DNA of 52,664 bases, filler included, from Squatina squatina (lineage: Eukaryota), in assembly GCA_031763465.1 (NCBI GenBank). It is 3 parts of 3 records of this genome, joined end to end, with 100 filler letters (N's around TTAATTAATTAA, not from the genome) between each part and the next. Parts side by side here need not be neighbours in the genome. Positions count along the whole stretch, not along the records: positions 1 to 24,222 come from JARFOE010000203.1; 2 more parts are not named here. One strand, given 5' to 3'. Made by a program: the position numbers and the translations under genes. This document shows positions 10,930 to 23,828 of this stretch, in pieces; the stretch's first letter is position 1, and every line of letters begins with the position of its first letter. The notes below the pieces were generated by a model. It was not told the DNA's origin. It ran no database searches and worked only from the letters and a program-made list of their open reading frames with translations.

Positions 10930-11160
10930 AGAGTTGAGAGCAGGCATGTAGGGGTGGGGGAGGTTCCAGAGATAGGATAGGGTGAGGCTGTGGAGGGACT
11001 TGCAGACAATTTTGAAGATGATGTAGTGATGGACAGGGAGTTTAGCCAGGACGGGGCGAGAGGCGAGTGGGGGTTAGTGCGAGTTAGGATGCAGTTGTCA
11101 GACTTCCAAATGGGTTGATGAGGAAGGGAGTTCAAAAGCCGTAGTTAAAAGGGGCAAAGG
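10930..11160 (-). mobile_element. Degenerate L2-type LINE fragment
   Basis: Pyrimidine-rich coding strand with L2-like composition; no intact motif. Confidence 0.45.
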
Positions 11161-12271
11161 CCTGGATAAGGGTTTCAATGGCATGGTTTTAACAGATCTT
11201 TCAGATAATGAGAACAAACTTTTTTGTGGTTAATATGTAGACGATACTGACTCCAATCTGTTTCAATAATGCACCGACAATAGGCTTAAAAGGAAAGGAG
11301 TTTAACTAATGCAAGTCCTGTTGAGTGCTAAATATCACTGTCTAGCATCTCCAAGACGCAGCAGAGCGGTTACAAACTGCAGCTGCTCCTACAGTTAAAA
11401 GTACCACGCTGCACAGTCACATACAGTTATACATACAGAGCACGTGTTGATCTTTATCATTTCCATTAAATTAAATCCAGTTTATTAATATGCTGCATTT
11501 AATTTTTCTGATTACTCAGCCTGATACTCCTTTCAGCCATTAAGGTCTCGCTTTTGGGTCATTATCTGTTAATGAGCCATCAGTTTTAGTGTCCGTGATG
11601 CACTTGCAATAAACCAAAAGTATATTGATTCTTTTCTGCAACAAGTGGTTTTGGATCGGTTAAATTGTGTTTAACACTCGCCCCTGCACATGGGCAGGAG
11701 TGTCAGGGTTTTCAAAGAAACCGATGCCAGTAATGCTACCATCGAAGATTGGTGCGGGGAGGAATTTGGAAGAATAAGTGCAATGGCACAGTTGGGAAGC
11801 GCACCTTCCCTTGTGGAACTGAGCCATACAGGTCAGGCAGTTCCCAGGTTCACATTCCACTCTGCTGAGCTCTGGGATCTTGATTTTTAACCCAGCCTGC
11901 CGGGCAGAAACTGGGTGGGAGTGCAGCTAAAATTGACAATGATTCACCCCCACTGATCCCGCTCTCACGGGATGTATTTTTAACAGGTGAGTGGCGCCCA
12001 CCGGATGATAGTGGGATCCTGCTTTAAATATGTAGATCGGAGCNNNNNNNNNNCTGCAATTTTAACCTCAGGTCTGCATTGAGGGATGGACCCTCATGTA
12101 TTCCTGCTAGGCCAACCTAGCAGTAAGTGGATCTCGGGCCAGAAGAGGCCCAGGAAGGCAAGTTGTTTTGTTTTAGTGTTGTTTCATTGTGTCCCACGAG
12201 AAGCAGGAGTGCCCTCTGAGTCCCACAAGGAAACCTTGGGCCTACCCTGCCCCAGCCATCCTGCCCCCGGC

Positions 12272-12323
12272 ATCCCATCCCATCCCACCCCATTCCACCC
12301 CACCCCATCCCATCCCATCCCAT
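12272..12323. repeat. (CCCAT)n-like pentanucleotide microsatellite
   Basis: catcccatcccatcccaccccattccacccc... running into a gap. Confidence 0.9.
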
Positions 12324-14504
12324 NNNNNNNNNNNNNNNNNNNNNNNNNNNNNNNNNNNNNNNNNNNNNNNNNNNNNNNNNNNNNNNNNNNNNNNNNNNNN
12401 NNNNNNNNNNNNNNNNNNNNNNNATGTTGCAGACCATCCCTGTGCCATTTTAAATGCATGTTTTGGGCATTGTATGAGACATTCACCTAAAAGCCTCACT
12501 GACATATAAAAATCAAGGTCTGTTGGTATTAATCAGACCTCAACCCTATTTAGACTGGCAGCAGCAAAGTCAGCAAATGGTGCCAGTGAATCTGCCACTG
12601 AGGAGGCCCAAAAGAAGGCCAATAAGTTAAAATTATTTTATTTTGTTAGCTGAAAGCATGCATTAGCAAACACAGTTAGACTGAGTTGAGCCTGCGTAAT
12701 CTCATGCAAGACACTGAACTCGAACTGAATCAGGGAGTCATGCTTTTCGGGGGACAGATTGACAGTATTCAAGCATTTCATCAATTGTTTTACTAAAGCC
12801 ACTTTGTAGCATACACTGGGTGAAAAATACTGCAAATACTGTTTNNNNNNNNNNTGAGAAAGCAACAGAAGAACAAGGGAGAAGGAGGGTGAATTAGAGT
12901 GGGTGAAGTATAGTCAAATCAGGCACATCAAGACAAATAGGAGCGGGAACAAAAGATTGGATTAAGAGAGAGAGAAAACTACTGTTTGGATTAACTTTAT
13001 GTGGCACTACTGTGCAAGCCATGAAACTCAAAGGGAACCAGGGAAATGCACCTGTAGGCAATGGATAAATTAACATAACACTGAATCAGAATATTAGCAT
13101 TTATTGTGTGTTTCAGTGCACTGAAAACTGTTCCGCTATGCATTGCTAAAGTGGAGTGACAAATTAGAGCTCTACTCGCATCTAATGTGGGAGGACCAGG
13201 GAGGGCTTTATGAGTATCCTGGTTGATAAAAGTGGGAAAGTATTTAATTTCATTATGTTATTATTCCTCTCCTTAATGAGGATAAAAAATACTGACACAT
13301 TCAAAAAAGTGTATTGTAGAAATGATTATTATAGTTATATAAAAGTTGTGTTTTCATGGAGGAACTTGGCTCATAAAAATATAATTGCAACTATTTAGAC
13401 TGTATTGAGTAGAGTTTAGAATGTAATTTCATTTGTCTCAATAATGTGCACCCCAAAATGTTTTTGCCAACATGTAAAATAGTTCTTTAGTATAAATCTT
13501 ACTGTGTTGCAGTTTTTCTTGTCTATCATCAAAAACTTTAGAGTTCATCCCAACTGAACCACACCTATAATTCAAGGTAAACACTGGACTGTCTGTACAA
13601 ATTCTGCAAGAAAGTATTTTTTTTCTCTCAATAGCATTTCCATTGCTGTTTACCTTGGTTATTGCTAACCTGTGCACAAACTTTCTGGGTTTAGGCACTG
13701 ATGGGGAAAGTATGTGTATTCTAGAGCGAGCAAATGGAAACTCTACTATATGGATTTCTCAATATTTTGGTTTGGGAACTCTTATGCATGGTGTGCTTAA
13801 GACCTGTGTGTGTTAGACACCTGGTTGACCAATGTTATTGTAATGATAAATGTGCTCATTTCTTAATGATACGGCACAGAAATAGAATGAGCAAGATCCA
13901 TAAATTGGTTAATTACTCTTTTCAAGAAGCATCTTTTGGAGAAAAAAAAAATCTCTCAAATGGAAAATTCTGTTTGTCGTTGTCCTCTTGAATATTTTCA
14001 GTTTTTAATTATGATGTTCCTATAGTAAGTCTCACATTAGAGTCTACTCCAGCAAAGAATATCCCAAAGCTCAGAAACTTAACTGCAATTCCTTGCAGTT
14101 TTTAGCCTGTTGGGAGTGTCAGAATCATCCATCCTGGAATATTTCCAGCAATTCCTTTCCAGGCGAAAGCCAGTCAAGACTAATTAGCATATGATTGTTT
14201 CTTGGATGCGTGTTGTTGGGTCTTTGGGCACACAGACAGAGCTTATTAATATTGTAACTTAAAAATACCCACTTCTTACAATGTTCAGTTAAATATGTAC
14301 GTCTCTATAGAAACTGATGATGCATTTTTTCTCCATAGCTTCACTATACTTTTTACATTACCAGACAACCACATTGGAAAAAGCATTCTTACTCAGACTG
14401 GAGGNNNNNNNNNNNNNNNNNNNNNNNNNNNNNNNNNNNNNNNNNNNNNNNNNNNNNNNNNNNNNNNNNNNNNNNNNNNNNNNNNNNNNNNNNNNNNNNN
14501 NNNN

Positions 14505-14717
14505 CAACGCAGACGGTGCAGAGAAGAGTTGTTCGTGCCGCCAGCCGTCTGTCCAAATGGGACTAATACCAGCTACTTGTCAAAGTCATATGTCTACTAT
14601 GTCTATCCCGACTATGTGTTGTGTTTGACTATATTTGAACTACCGCTCCTTAATAAAATACCTTAGACTCCTAAGACCCTTTGGGTAACCTGTGTGACCT
14701 GTGATCCAAATCTTACA
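14505..14717 (+). mobile_element. Possible LTR 3' fragment
   Basis: Locally CpG-richer, contains AATAAA, ends ...cttaca (CA terminus); truncated by a gap. Confidence 0.3.
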
Positions 14718-14903
14718 GCAGTGTTATGAAAATTGTTTGTAAGCCTTTTAAGGACATGATGTAATTGGCATTAAGACACATCATTGTTTCAGTTGATGTG
14801 ACACCTCTGTAACAAGAATAATGTCCAGCTTTACTCCCTTCCCAAATAAAGATTTCTCACTTTTTTTTGTCTCTAAAATGGATTCTTCTTCTTAATTATT
14901 TAG

Positions 14904-15175
14904 GCTCCTATATGATGGTGAATTCTTCACAGCACGCTCCAGGCCAGAAAGCTCACTTCATCCTTCCGTCTTTGAGTGAAAATGACACTCACTGCATCCA
15001 GTTCAGCTACTTCCTCTACAGCAGAGATGGGCACAGCCCCGGGTCACTCCATGCCTTCGTCAGGGTCAACAACGGGCCTGTTGGCGGTTCGATCTGGAAT
15101 GTGTCGGGATCGCATGGGCAACAGTGGCTCCAGGCCGAGCTCGCCGTCAGTACCTTCTGGCCAAATGAATATCAG
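14904..15175 (+). CDS. PTPRU: PTPRU exon 3 (MAM domain, receptor tyrosine phosphatase type IIB)
   Basis: (G)[46 protein letters not shown]...[15 protein letters not shown]; tatttag| and |gtacca; 272 nt, the usual R2B exon-3 size. LSENDTHC and YSRDGHSPG plus synteny indicate PTPRU. Confidence 0.93.
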
Positions 15176-15693
15176 GTACCAAGCTTAGTTTTTCCATTGA
15201 GAGAAAAAACAATAATCACACCTGTACTGTAATCCTTGAGTATTTCTGACAAGTCAGCTCCCGGAGATTACAGGAGCGTTCTTGTACTTGAACTTGGGAT
15301 GGGGGGAAAAAAATCAGCTCATTCCAATCAGATCGGACTACAGTGCCCCTTGAAGCATTCCAGGCTGTGTTAAATAGGCTGAATGGCCTACTCCTGCTCC
15401 TACTTTCTATGTTTCTATATACTCTGACCCTGGCTGCTGTCCCCAGGAGATTTGGCTTGACATCCAGCCCATCAGTTGGGGCTGGATTTGAAGAGAGGTC
15501 CTCAAGGTGAAAGGGACAACTTCACAATCCCAGACCCTCGAAAGCTCCATTTTNNNNNNNNNNNNNNNNNNNNNNNNNNNNNNNNNNNNNNNNNNNNNNN
15601 NNNNNNNNNNNNNNNNNNNNNNNNNNNNNNNNNNNNNNNNNNNNNNNNNNNNNTTGAAATGGCGTTTAAAATATTAGCAATCTTTACACAAAT

Positions 15694-16410
15694 AGTGGCT
15701 TTGTGACTATAGTGTCAGCGCTCTTAACCTTGAGTCAGAAGGTCATGGGATCAAGTCTCACTCCAGGACTTCAGCACCTAATTTTAAGGTTTCCCTTCAG
15801 TACAGTGCTGAGGGTAGTGCTGCACCGTCAGAGGTGTCGTCTTTCGGATGAGATGTTAAGCCGAGGCCCTGACTGGCTGTTTAGATGGATGGAAAAGATT
15901 CCATGGTACTATTTGAAGAGGAGCAGGGGAATTCTCCCGGTGTCCTGGTCAACATTTAACCCTCAGCCAATACCACCAAAATAGGTTGCCAGTTCATTTA
16001 TCTCATTGCTGTTTGTAGGACATCTCTGTGTGTCAACTGGCTGCTGCGTTTGCCTGCAAAACCATAGTGACCACCTTTAAGATCCCACGGTACTAATTAA
16101 AAAGAGCAGTGGAGTTCTCCCCATGTCCTGGCCAATATTTATCCCTCACCCAACACCTAAAACAGATTTTCCTGTCATTATCTCATTGCTGTCTGTGGCA
16201 TCTTGTTGCGTGCTAATTGGCTGCTTCATTCCCTACATTACAACAACGACTACACTTCAGAAGTACTTCATTGGCTGTAAAGTGCTTTCGGATGACCTAA
16301 GATCATGAAAGGCGCTATAGAAATGCAAGTTTGTTTGTTCGTTTAAAAGTAACTTAACAGCTTTGAAAGGCTGAAGACATGGAAGGCACTAAAAAATGCA
16401 AGGTCTATCT
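15694..16410 (+). mobile_element. SacSINE1-like DeuSINE with a second 5'-truncated copy nested at 16081-16341
   Basis: tRNA-like head, Deu-like core (gtctttcggatgagatgttaagccgaggccc), body repeated twice, tail ggcgctatagaaatgcaagt. Confidence 0.8.
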
Positions 16411-17544
16411 TTATTGGAAACTCCTTGACATTTCAAGTTTCACAGACCTGGAAGCCAGGGACTGAATTACTTTCCCAGTTAAGCATTTAAGAAAAATGAA
16501 CAAGCTGCCAGCTAATCAACTTTATAAAACGGTAGCTGGCTTCTGTGATTAATAACATCGCTTCTTTCATGTTGACAGATTGACTTAAAAGTGAATTTTC
16601 TGCATACAGGATCTTGGGGAACCCTAACTGTGTGGAAAGTCACAACAATAGCGAATAATTAATATTTATTACCTCACAAAAGAGTTGAGTGGTGCCTTGG
16701 CAGAGCCAGCTAAATGACAGCCTGCTGTCAGGAGCAGTGTTCAAATATTAATCATGCTTATTTTTCCCCCGTCCTGATGACAGTTTTACACAGACTGCGC
16801 TAAATGTCTCCAGGCTTCATGAAGTGTAAAAGATGCTGCTATCAGCAACCGCACTATCAGACACACTTGAAGAACGGAGTGCTGGGAGTAATAAATATGT
16901 CCTACTATCCATTTAATGAGCATTGACACCTTCATACATCACTGTTCAGTCCCTAATGCAGATGTTGCTGGCTGCGAAACCTGTTCTGTTTCATGTTCCA
17001 GCAGACAATTATTTTTCCATTTTGTTTTATTTCAAAAGGTCAGGATTTCAGCAACTCTGCGCCAATGATTTGCCAGGGTTTTGATGCAGGGCAGCCATCT
17101 TTTGCCCAGTCCAAACCCTGCTGGGTTGGGGCCGTGTTTCAAATAAAAAATGTGTGGTTGCACAAAGCATCGCTACTCGCCTGCACTGATGCTAAACGAG
17201 TCTCATGCACACAGCATTCTTGGTTAAATGCAAAAAATTGAAGATCACTAGGGTAATTCAGGATTCAAAAGGTTAATAACTAGTTGATGAGATTGTAAAA
17301 ATGTGCCAGGCCACCATAGATCCTTGAACATGCAGCCTAACAGCTGGACCCAATGGCCCACAAGCTAGCATTGATCATGGTTTTTGCAATGTCTTGGCAT
17401 GCGCTGACATTACTCCAAATCTACCAACCGGCCGATACACTGGGNNNNNNNNNNNNNNNNNNNNNNNNNNNNNNNNNNNNNNNNNNNNNNNNNNNNNNNN
17501 NNNNNNNNNNNNNNNNNNNNNNNNNNNNNNNNNNNNNNNNNNNN

Positions 17545-18289
17545 GTGTAAGAGTGCAGACAACTTGGATACCTGTGTAAGAATACAGATAATCTGGATAC
17601 CTGTGTAAGAGTGCAGATAACCTGGATACCTGTGAAAGAGTACAGACAACTTGGATACCTGTGTAAGAGTGCAGACAACTTGGATACCTGTGTAAGAGTA
17701 AAGATAACCTGGATACCTGTGTAAGCATGCAGATAACCTGGATACCTGCGTAAGAGTGCAGATAACTTAGATACCTGTGTAAGAGCGCAGAAAGCTTGGA
17801 TACCTGTGTCAGAGTACAGATAACTTGGATACCTGTGTAAGAGTGCAGATAACTTGGATACCTGTGTCAGGGCACAGATAATCTGGATACCTGTGTAAGA
17901 GTACAGATAACTTGGATACCTGTGTCAGTGTACAGTTAACTTGGATACCTGTGTAAGAGTACAGATAACTTGGATACCTGTGTAAGAGTGCAGACAACTT
18001 GGATACCTGTGTAAGAATACAGATAATCTGGATACCTGTGTAAGAGTGCAGATAACTTGGATACCTGTGTCAGAGTGCAGATAACCTGGTTACCTGTGTA
18101 AGAGTGCAGATAACTTGGATACCTGTGTAAGAGTGCAGATAACTTGGATACCTGTGTAAGAGTACAGATAACTTGGATACCTGTGTCAGAGTGCAGATAA
18201 CTTGGATACCTGTGTAAGAGTACAGATAACTTGGATACCTGTGTAAGAGTGAAGATAACTTGGATACCTGTGTAAGAGTGAAGATAACT
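17545..18289. repeat. 29-bp minisatellite, about 25 copies
   Basis: Consensus GTGTAAGAGTGCAGATAACTTGGATACCT, head to tail without spacers; left end lies in a gap. Confidence 0.97.
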
Positions 18290-19036
18290 GACAGCACCTT
18301 TGGAACTTTACACACGCATGAGTTAGTGCCTGAGGGAGAGTAGGGAGAATGTTGGGTGGAGTGAGAAATGACACCGTTGGCAGATAAAATGATTAAGATC
18401 ATATAATAAAGAGAAGGCTGAAGAAAGAGAGGTTAACTGCCTGAAATATGTCTGAGTTTCATTATCTGAAAGAATATTTCATCTGATAAGAATACTGAAT
18501 GTTCAACCAAAAGCCATGCCTCCAGAAATAGCGTAATATGTACTGAATAGTTTATAAATTGGCAAACTGCTGTCAGAAAGGGAATCAAAGCCTTATAACA
18601 CTTTAGTATGTGACCTCTAATTCCATAATCCTTCAGGTTCTGTGTCAATGCCAAGTTTATTACCCCTCCACCTATCTTGCAGCAACCTGTCACTGAAGTA
18701 CTCAGATACTAAAGTACAGGATTGGTGCCAAGTGCATTAATCATTGCTGTGTCACTAACATCTGACAAATTGTTTTCTTTTATCACACTCTCTGCCTTTA
18801 AGTTTAATTATATATATGTAAATAAAATATTTTTAAAGTTTCCCACCCCAAAACCCTGATGCACATCGCAAACCTTTTCCCCAGCAACGAGGTAGGCTGG
18901 TGGGCAAATCAGTGAAGTTCAAAGGTGTGTCGATGGTCCTTCGTCTCCAGCTTTCCTCCTCCGTCTGCATCTGATTTTTGCTCAGTGCCTTCTCCCCTCC
19001 CCATAGCGCAATAGCATAGGCAAGGCTGTGAACTCA

Positions 19037-19056
19037 GGGTGTGTGTGTGTGTGTGT
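19037..19056. repeat. (GT)n microsatellite
   Basis: About 9 GT units. Confidence 0.85.
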
Positions 19057-21471
19057 GGCAAAACATTAACCTCCCCGTGGGCTGCTTAAATACCAGAGAG
19101 TGGTGAGAATGTGGAACTCGCTGCCNNNNNNNNNNNNNNNNNNNNNNNNNNNNNNNNNNNNNNNNNNNNNNNNNNNNNNNNNNNNNNNNNNNNNNNNNNN
19201 NNNNNNNNNNNNNNNNNNNNNNNNNACAATCATCACAAGAACTGCATTGGCTCATGGATAACGCCCACCACCTTCCTGGGACAACTAGGGATAGGCAATA
19301 AATGTGGCCTTGCCAGCATCAACCACATCCTGAAAATGAATATAAAAAATAGAATTTACTTCTTATTTAAAAAGCTAGTGTGCTATCACTACTAGGCCTA
19401 CTTGAGTAAAATCCCATTTTTTTGAGGTGATAATTTCTCCCCTCCTTATCTTCTTTCACTTGTTTTCAGTCAACATACAGTTCTTGGGGAGGAGGAGGCT
19501 GGAAAGTGACTTGGGCAGCCATTATTATTGCTCCATATTTTCCCTTACAAAAGACTGCTTCGCTACCATGAGATTCAATGGTTCAGCAAAACTCATCCAT
19601 AGGTGATAACTCAGGCTGAGTTATTTCAGCTAAGGGTGGGTTTTTAACCTGGGTCCTTTGAGTTTCATATTGTCCCTCAAAGCCAGCAGAATGCAACATT
19701 CAGCTTGCTTTTTACCATGTATTCCTTCAAACCTTCATACTGTTCTTCTGAGAAATGTTTCAGAAAAATATCATTTTTATAATTAATCCACTAAAACTGA
19801 GAGCTGAGCCTCACAGTAACATCAGCAGAAATGTATTTATGTGCTGCAAGGCAGAGATAGTTTTTTTTTACAAGTAATGCAAGACCGTGGAATGGGTAGA
19901 ATCAAATATTGGGATGAGCATGCCATAATTGGGGATGACCTTTTGACGTTTGGCATTAGATGCAGTGCAGATGGTCAGAAACAAATATTTCATATTTTCA
20001 GGACCCCGAGTATTGGTGTTGGAGAAATTAACCAAACTTTAGGTTATAATTTAGAGTCAGACCATCTGAGTTGCATCAGATGCTGAAGCAGAGCTTTAAA
20101 TAATCACTCCTATTCACGGCTTTTGCAATAACATTATTTTTCAGTAGTTCCAAAGTATAATTGCCATAGAGAAACTTGTGTATGATGTGCAAGCCTTTTC
20201 AGATGACTCACCATTGACAAGTTTGAGAAAACCTAACTCCACCACCTCACCAAATTGCTGGTTCTTTGCCTTTTTGTTTCATCCTTTTCTCTTGTGTTCA
20301 TGAAAGTGAGTGACGTTAATGCTGGGGAAAGCAGCGCTTTCCATTTCAGACACTCAGTCGTACACTTTCATCTTCACCACCTATGCTAACCTGATGCAGC
20401 GAATCGTCTGCTAATTGGAGAACTCATCTGCTTTTCATTCCATTCCCCAGTCTCCATTCAAGACTTCTGTGTCAGGTATAGCACAGCCAGGTGTACAGTA
20501 AAGCTCCCTCTCGACTGTCCCAAAAATATACCTCAACCCCAGCCTTGGTAGTGCCAGGTACTCGCACCAGTGTGACATTTTCAATTCCCACACCAATCCT
20601 TACCATTTATCTGAGTGAGATTGAATTTTAGTGTCAATTTTGTATGATGGATCCATGCCTCTGAGGGATTTAGTTGAGCCTGCCAGTACTCAATGCAAAT
20701 CATGGCTGATAGAGAGAAGAGGTTCTCACCCTATCAGATCAGACAGGAATCAAAACTATGCCGCAGGGAATAAAGAGACCTTTTTCTAGCCGATTGCGTT
20801 TCCCAGATTCATTGCCTTTGTCATGCTGTTTGCTCTACACCCTTTCCATTTGTACCTTGTTTTTTTTTGTTATCTTTTATTTTAAATGAACTGTGAAAAC
20901 AAACTCCAGCATCTTCAGTTGAGGCAAAGGATGGGAGAAGGAAGTAATGGTATATCTCAAGGACCAACCTCTTTAAAGTTTTATGACATGCAAGGGTTGT
21001 TAGCTGAATCTATGGCCAATTTTCTGTCAACAGCTACAATCAATGTCTGTAGCCAATGGTATTTATCTGATGGAATGTAGAGCTAGTGAAAAAAAATCCT
21101 GTGTAGGATCAAAGATCTCTTCAGGAGTTCAGCATCCAAAAAAGCTGCCGTGGGGATATTTAGTGTAATTGATGTGGAACAATTTAATTCTGGTTAAATC
21201 CAAATGCTGGACTCATTTGAACTTAATGACAGCTGACTGGAGTATTTTGCTCATGAGGTTGCCAGTTTCAATTAACATTTTATTATTCTCAGCAGGCGTT
21301 CTGCTGATTATTTTTGGTCGGAAATAGAATAATCAATGGGTTAAAGTGCACTGTCTGAGGAGCAGCCTGGAGAATCCATAGAGAAAATATCAGGCAGCTA
21401 AGATTGTAATCTGTGGAGAGTGACAAGTGGTTGTTTTTGAAATGTTCCCTTCCGTTCTATGTTGAAGGCCT

Positions 21472-22064
21472 GGGGGCCGGAATTGATTCGCTCACAGGGC
21501 AGGAGCCGGCATTTCTCATGCCAGCGCCTGCCCCGCTCCCTGCGGAATTCATCGATCCAGGGCGCCTGCGAGTCACAGCATGCTCCCGGACGCAACTGTA
21601 GCGGCTGCCTTCTGACGTCGCTGGCGTGGCCAGAGCGCCACGCTAGCGACGTCAGAAGCGCCGCGTCAGCGCGTTGCGTGCTGATGCCAGTAGAACTGCC
21701 AGGCCTCCCTTAAAGGGGAGGGCCGCCGAGCATCCTGATAGCGCCCTGCGACCCCTCACTGGGCCACCAGGGACGCCGGTGACTGGGCCACCAGCTTGGC
21801 ACACCAGTTGGTGTGCCAGGCAAGGGGATGGTGGCCAGATCCGGCCGAGAGCTGCCATTTCTTGACTGACAATGAAGTTGGCCGAAAAATAAAGATGGCA
21901 TCCCCAGGCGCACACGCTCTCCCCTTTAAGAGGCCGTTGCAGTGACAGGTTTCCCTGGCGCTGCGGCCGCCTCCTGCGGGTGAATTCCGCCCGCTGGATG
22001 CAAATGGGCCACAAAGTGGGTTGCGGCTGCGCAGTGCGGGTTGGCACACGTCTTGATTCAGCTG
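21472..22064. mobile_element. GC-rich non-autonomous DNA transposon (Harbinger-like), truncated by gap
   Basis: Starts ggggccggaattg, abrupt GC/CpG rise, internal hairpin at 21609-21658. Confidence 0.6.
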
Positions 22065-22164
22065 NNNNNNNNNNNNNNNNNNNNNNNNNNNNNNNNNNNN
22101 NNNNNNNNNNNNNNNNNNNNNNNNNNNNNNNNNNNNNNNNNNNNNNNNNNNNNNNNNNNNNNNN

Positions 22165-22315
22165 ACTCCCTCCATGGCAAGAACATCCTTCCTCAGGTAA
22201 GGCAACCAAAACTGCACACAATACTCAAGGTGTGGTCTCACGAAGGCCCTGTACAACTGCAACAAGATATCCCTGCTCCTGTATTCGAATCCTCTTGCTA
22301 TGAAGGCCAACATTC
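22165..22315 (-). mobile_element. CR1 RT C-terminal fragment
   Basis: MLAFIARGFEYRSRDILLQLYRAFVRPHLEYCVQFWLPYLRKDVLAMEG. Confidence 0.92.
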
Positions 22316-22893
22316 CATGAAGAACATCTCATGCTTTTCACAACCTCAGGACGTTCTAAAATGCTTGACAACCAATGTAGCACAGTCACTGTTGTAATAT
22401 AATGGAAGGAGTCAAAAACAGCTGGAGAGGAACAAAGAACTTAAAAACACTAGAGTTGAACTCCCATAGAAGTAACAGTAACTAGCAACCCTAAAGTGTG
22501 GTAAAGGGGCAGGAAGAAATTGTGATGTTTTTTGAAAGCATGTATTAACTAGCTGTACCTTGTCGGTTTCAAAGTAGAGTTTGAAATTACAGTGTCTGGC
22601 CACAGGAAAAGTTGAAGAGATTAATGTTTTGAAATATGTTTAGATCATTTGTTTGGTGGCATTTGAATATTAAGGTTGTCCTGTGGGGGGAAAAAAGGTT
22701 TATTTTGTATTCTACTCACTGGAATATAATCATTTGCTGGACCCTTAAGCTATAAATATTTGGCTGTGTCTCAGTGCAACTCACACTGAAATATTAGACT
22801 GTCACTGGGCATATTTTACTTTCATAGTTATCGTGACAAATCTAAAATGAAGTTTATATGCTAAGAACTTTGTTTTTAATATATTACATGCAG

Positions 22894-22930
22894 GAAACAA
22901 AGACGAACTGCGTACTAATTGCCAAAAAAG
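22894..22930 (+). CDS. PTPRU: PTPRU 37-nt exon (end of last FNIII repeat; exon 13 in R2B numbering)
   Basis: ETKTNCVLIAKK; catgcag| and G|gtaagg; phase 0-1. Resembles ETRLNCIRIARK (PTPRU) and ETKTQCVRIATK (PTPRK) as recalled. Confidence 0.85.
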
Positions 22931-23810
22931 GTAAGGTCATTTGTCAATGGTCATTGCTCTCTCGTGTTCCGATGTTTTGCTATTCATATGTGCCTCTGTA
23001 TGTTGTTGAATGNNNNNNNNNNNNNNNNNNNNNNNNNNNNNNNNNNNNNNNNNNNNNNNNNNNNNNNNNNNNNNNNNNNNNNNNNNNNNNNNNNNNNNNN
23101 NNNNNNNNNNNNAATGCAATGCAATATGAAAAACGATCTCATGGTCCTCCTTGACTAAACTTAATGCTAGTTGTTCACCGATCTGCTCAGCAAGTTTACC
23201 CAATGAGTAGTTGAGCCAAAGCGATAAGAATGTCCCATCTTCAATTCTTGGTCTGCACTGAGTTAGCTGGGTTGAAAGTAGGAATTCTGCAAATGGCCTT
23301 ACATCCACTGCAGTCGGGAGGAGATAATTGGTAAGGTTCCTGCTCCTGAATGCCATGCTCAAAGTTCACATGCGTAGACATTGGATTAAGTCTGGATGAG
23401 CTATGATAGCCCCCCAACCTGCCCCTCACCACCATGATGGAATTGCTTACCAACACTTATTGTCAAGTCTTACAATATATAATAGCCACTTATGCAAGAC
23501 ACCAGCAAAGAGTCAAAACATAAAAAGAGGGGGCAAAATGAAGTTAAAACTTACAACTATGATTAATTGTATAAAACTGTGATTCTAACTGTGTTCTCTA
23601 TATTTCACTACTTGAACGGACATGTACTGTAATACTAGACCCGCTCTCCAAAGAGTTGTACAAAAGATCTTTGTACAGCTGTTGTGAAAAAAAAAACAGA
23701 TTGGTGAGAGTGTTCCTTATGTTTATGATGTGTTTAGATATGGTCTTTCTCTTCACTTATATGCTTGTGTCTCTGTTGGTTTTTACAACCCTTCCTCATT
23801 TGGAGTGTAG

Positions 23811-23828
23811 ATGCAGGTAAACAATGAA
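23811..23828 (+). CDS. PTPRU: Probable PTPRU 18-nt alternative microexon in phosphatase domain D1 (MQVNNE)
   Basis: gtgtag|ATGCAGGTAAACAATGAA|gtaagt, phase 0-0, long upstream pyrimidine-rich tract, downstream of exon 13; resembles the IRINRE insert of mammalian PTPRU isoforms as recalled. Confidence 0.65.

Noticed and set aside
17545-18289. CRISPR-like array or repeat protein
   Set aside because: Units are contiguous 29-mers without unique spacers, there are no cas genes, and the context is vertebrate intron; the ORFs arise from repeat periodicity.
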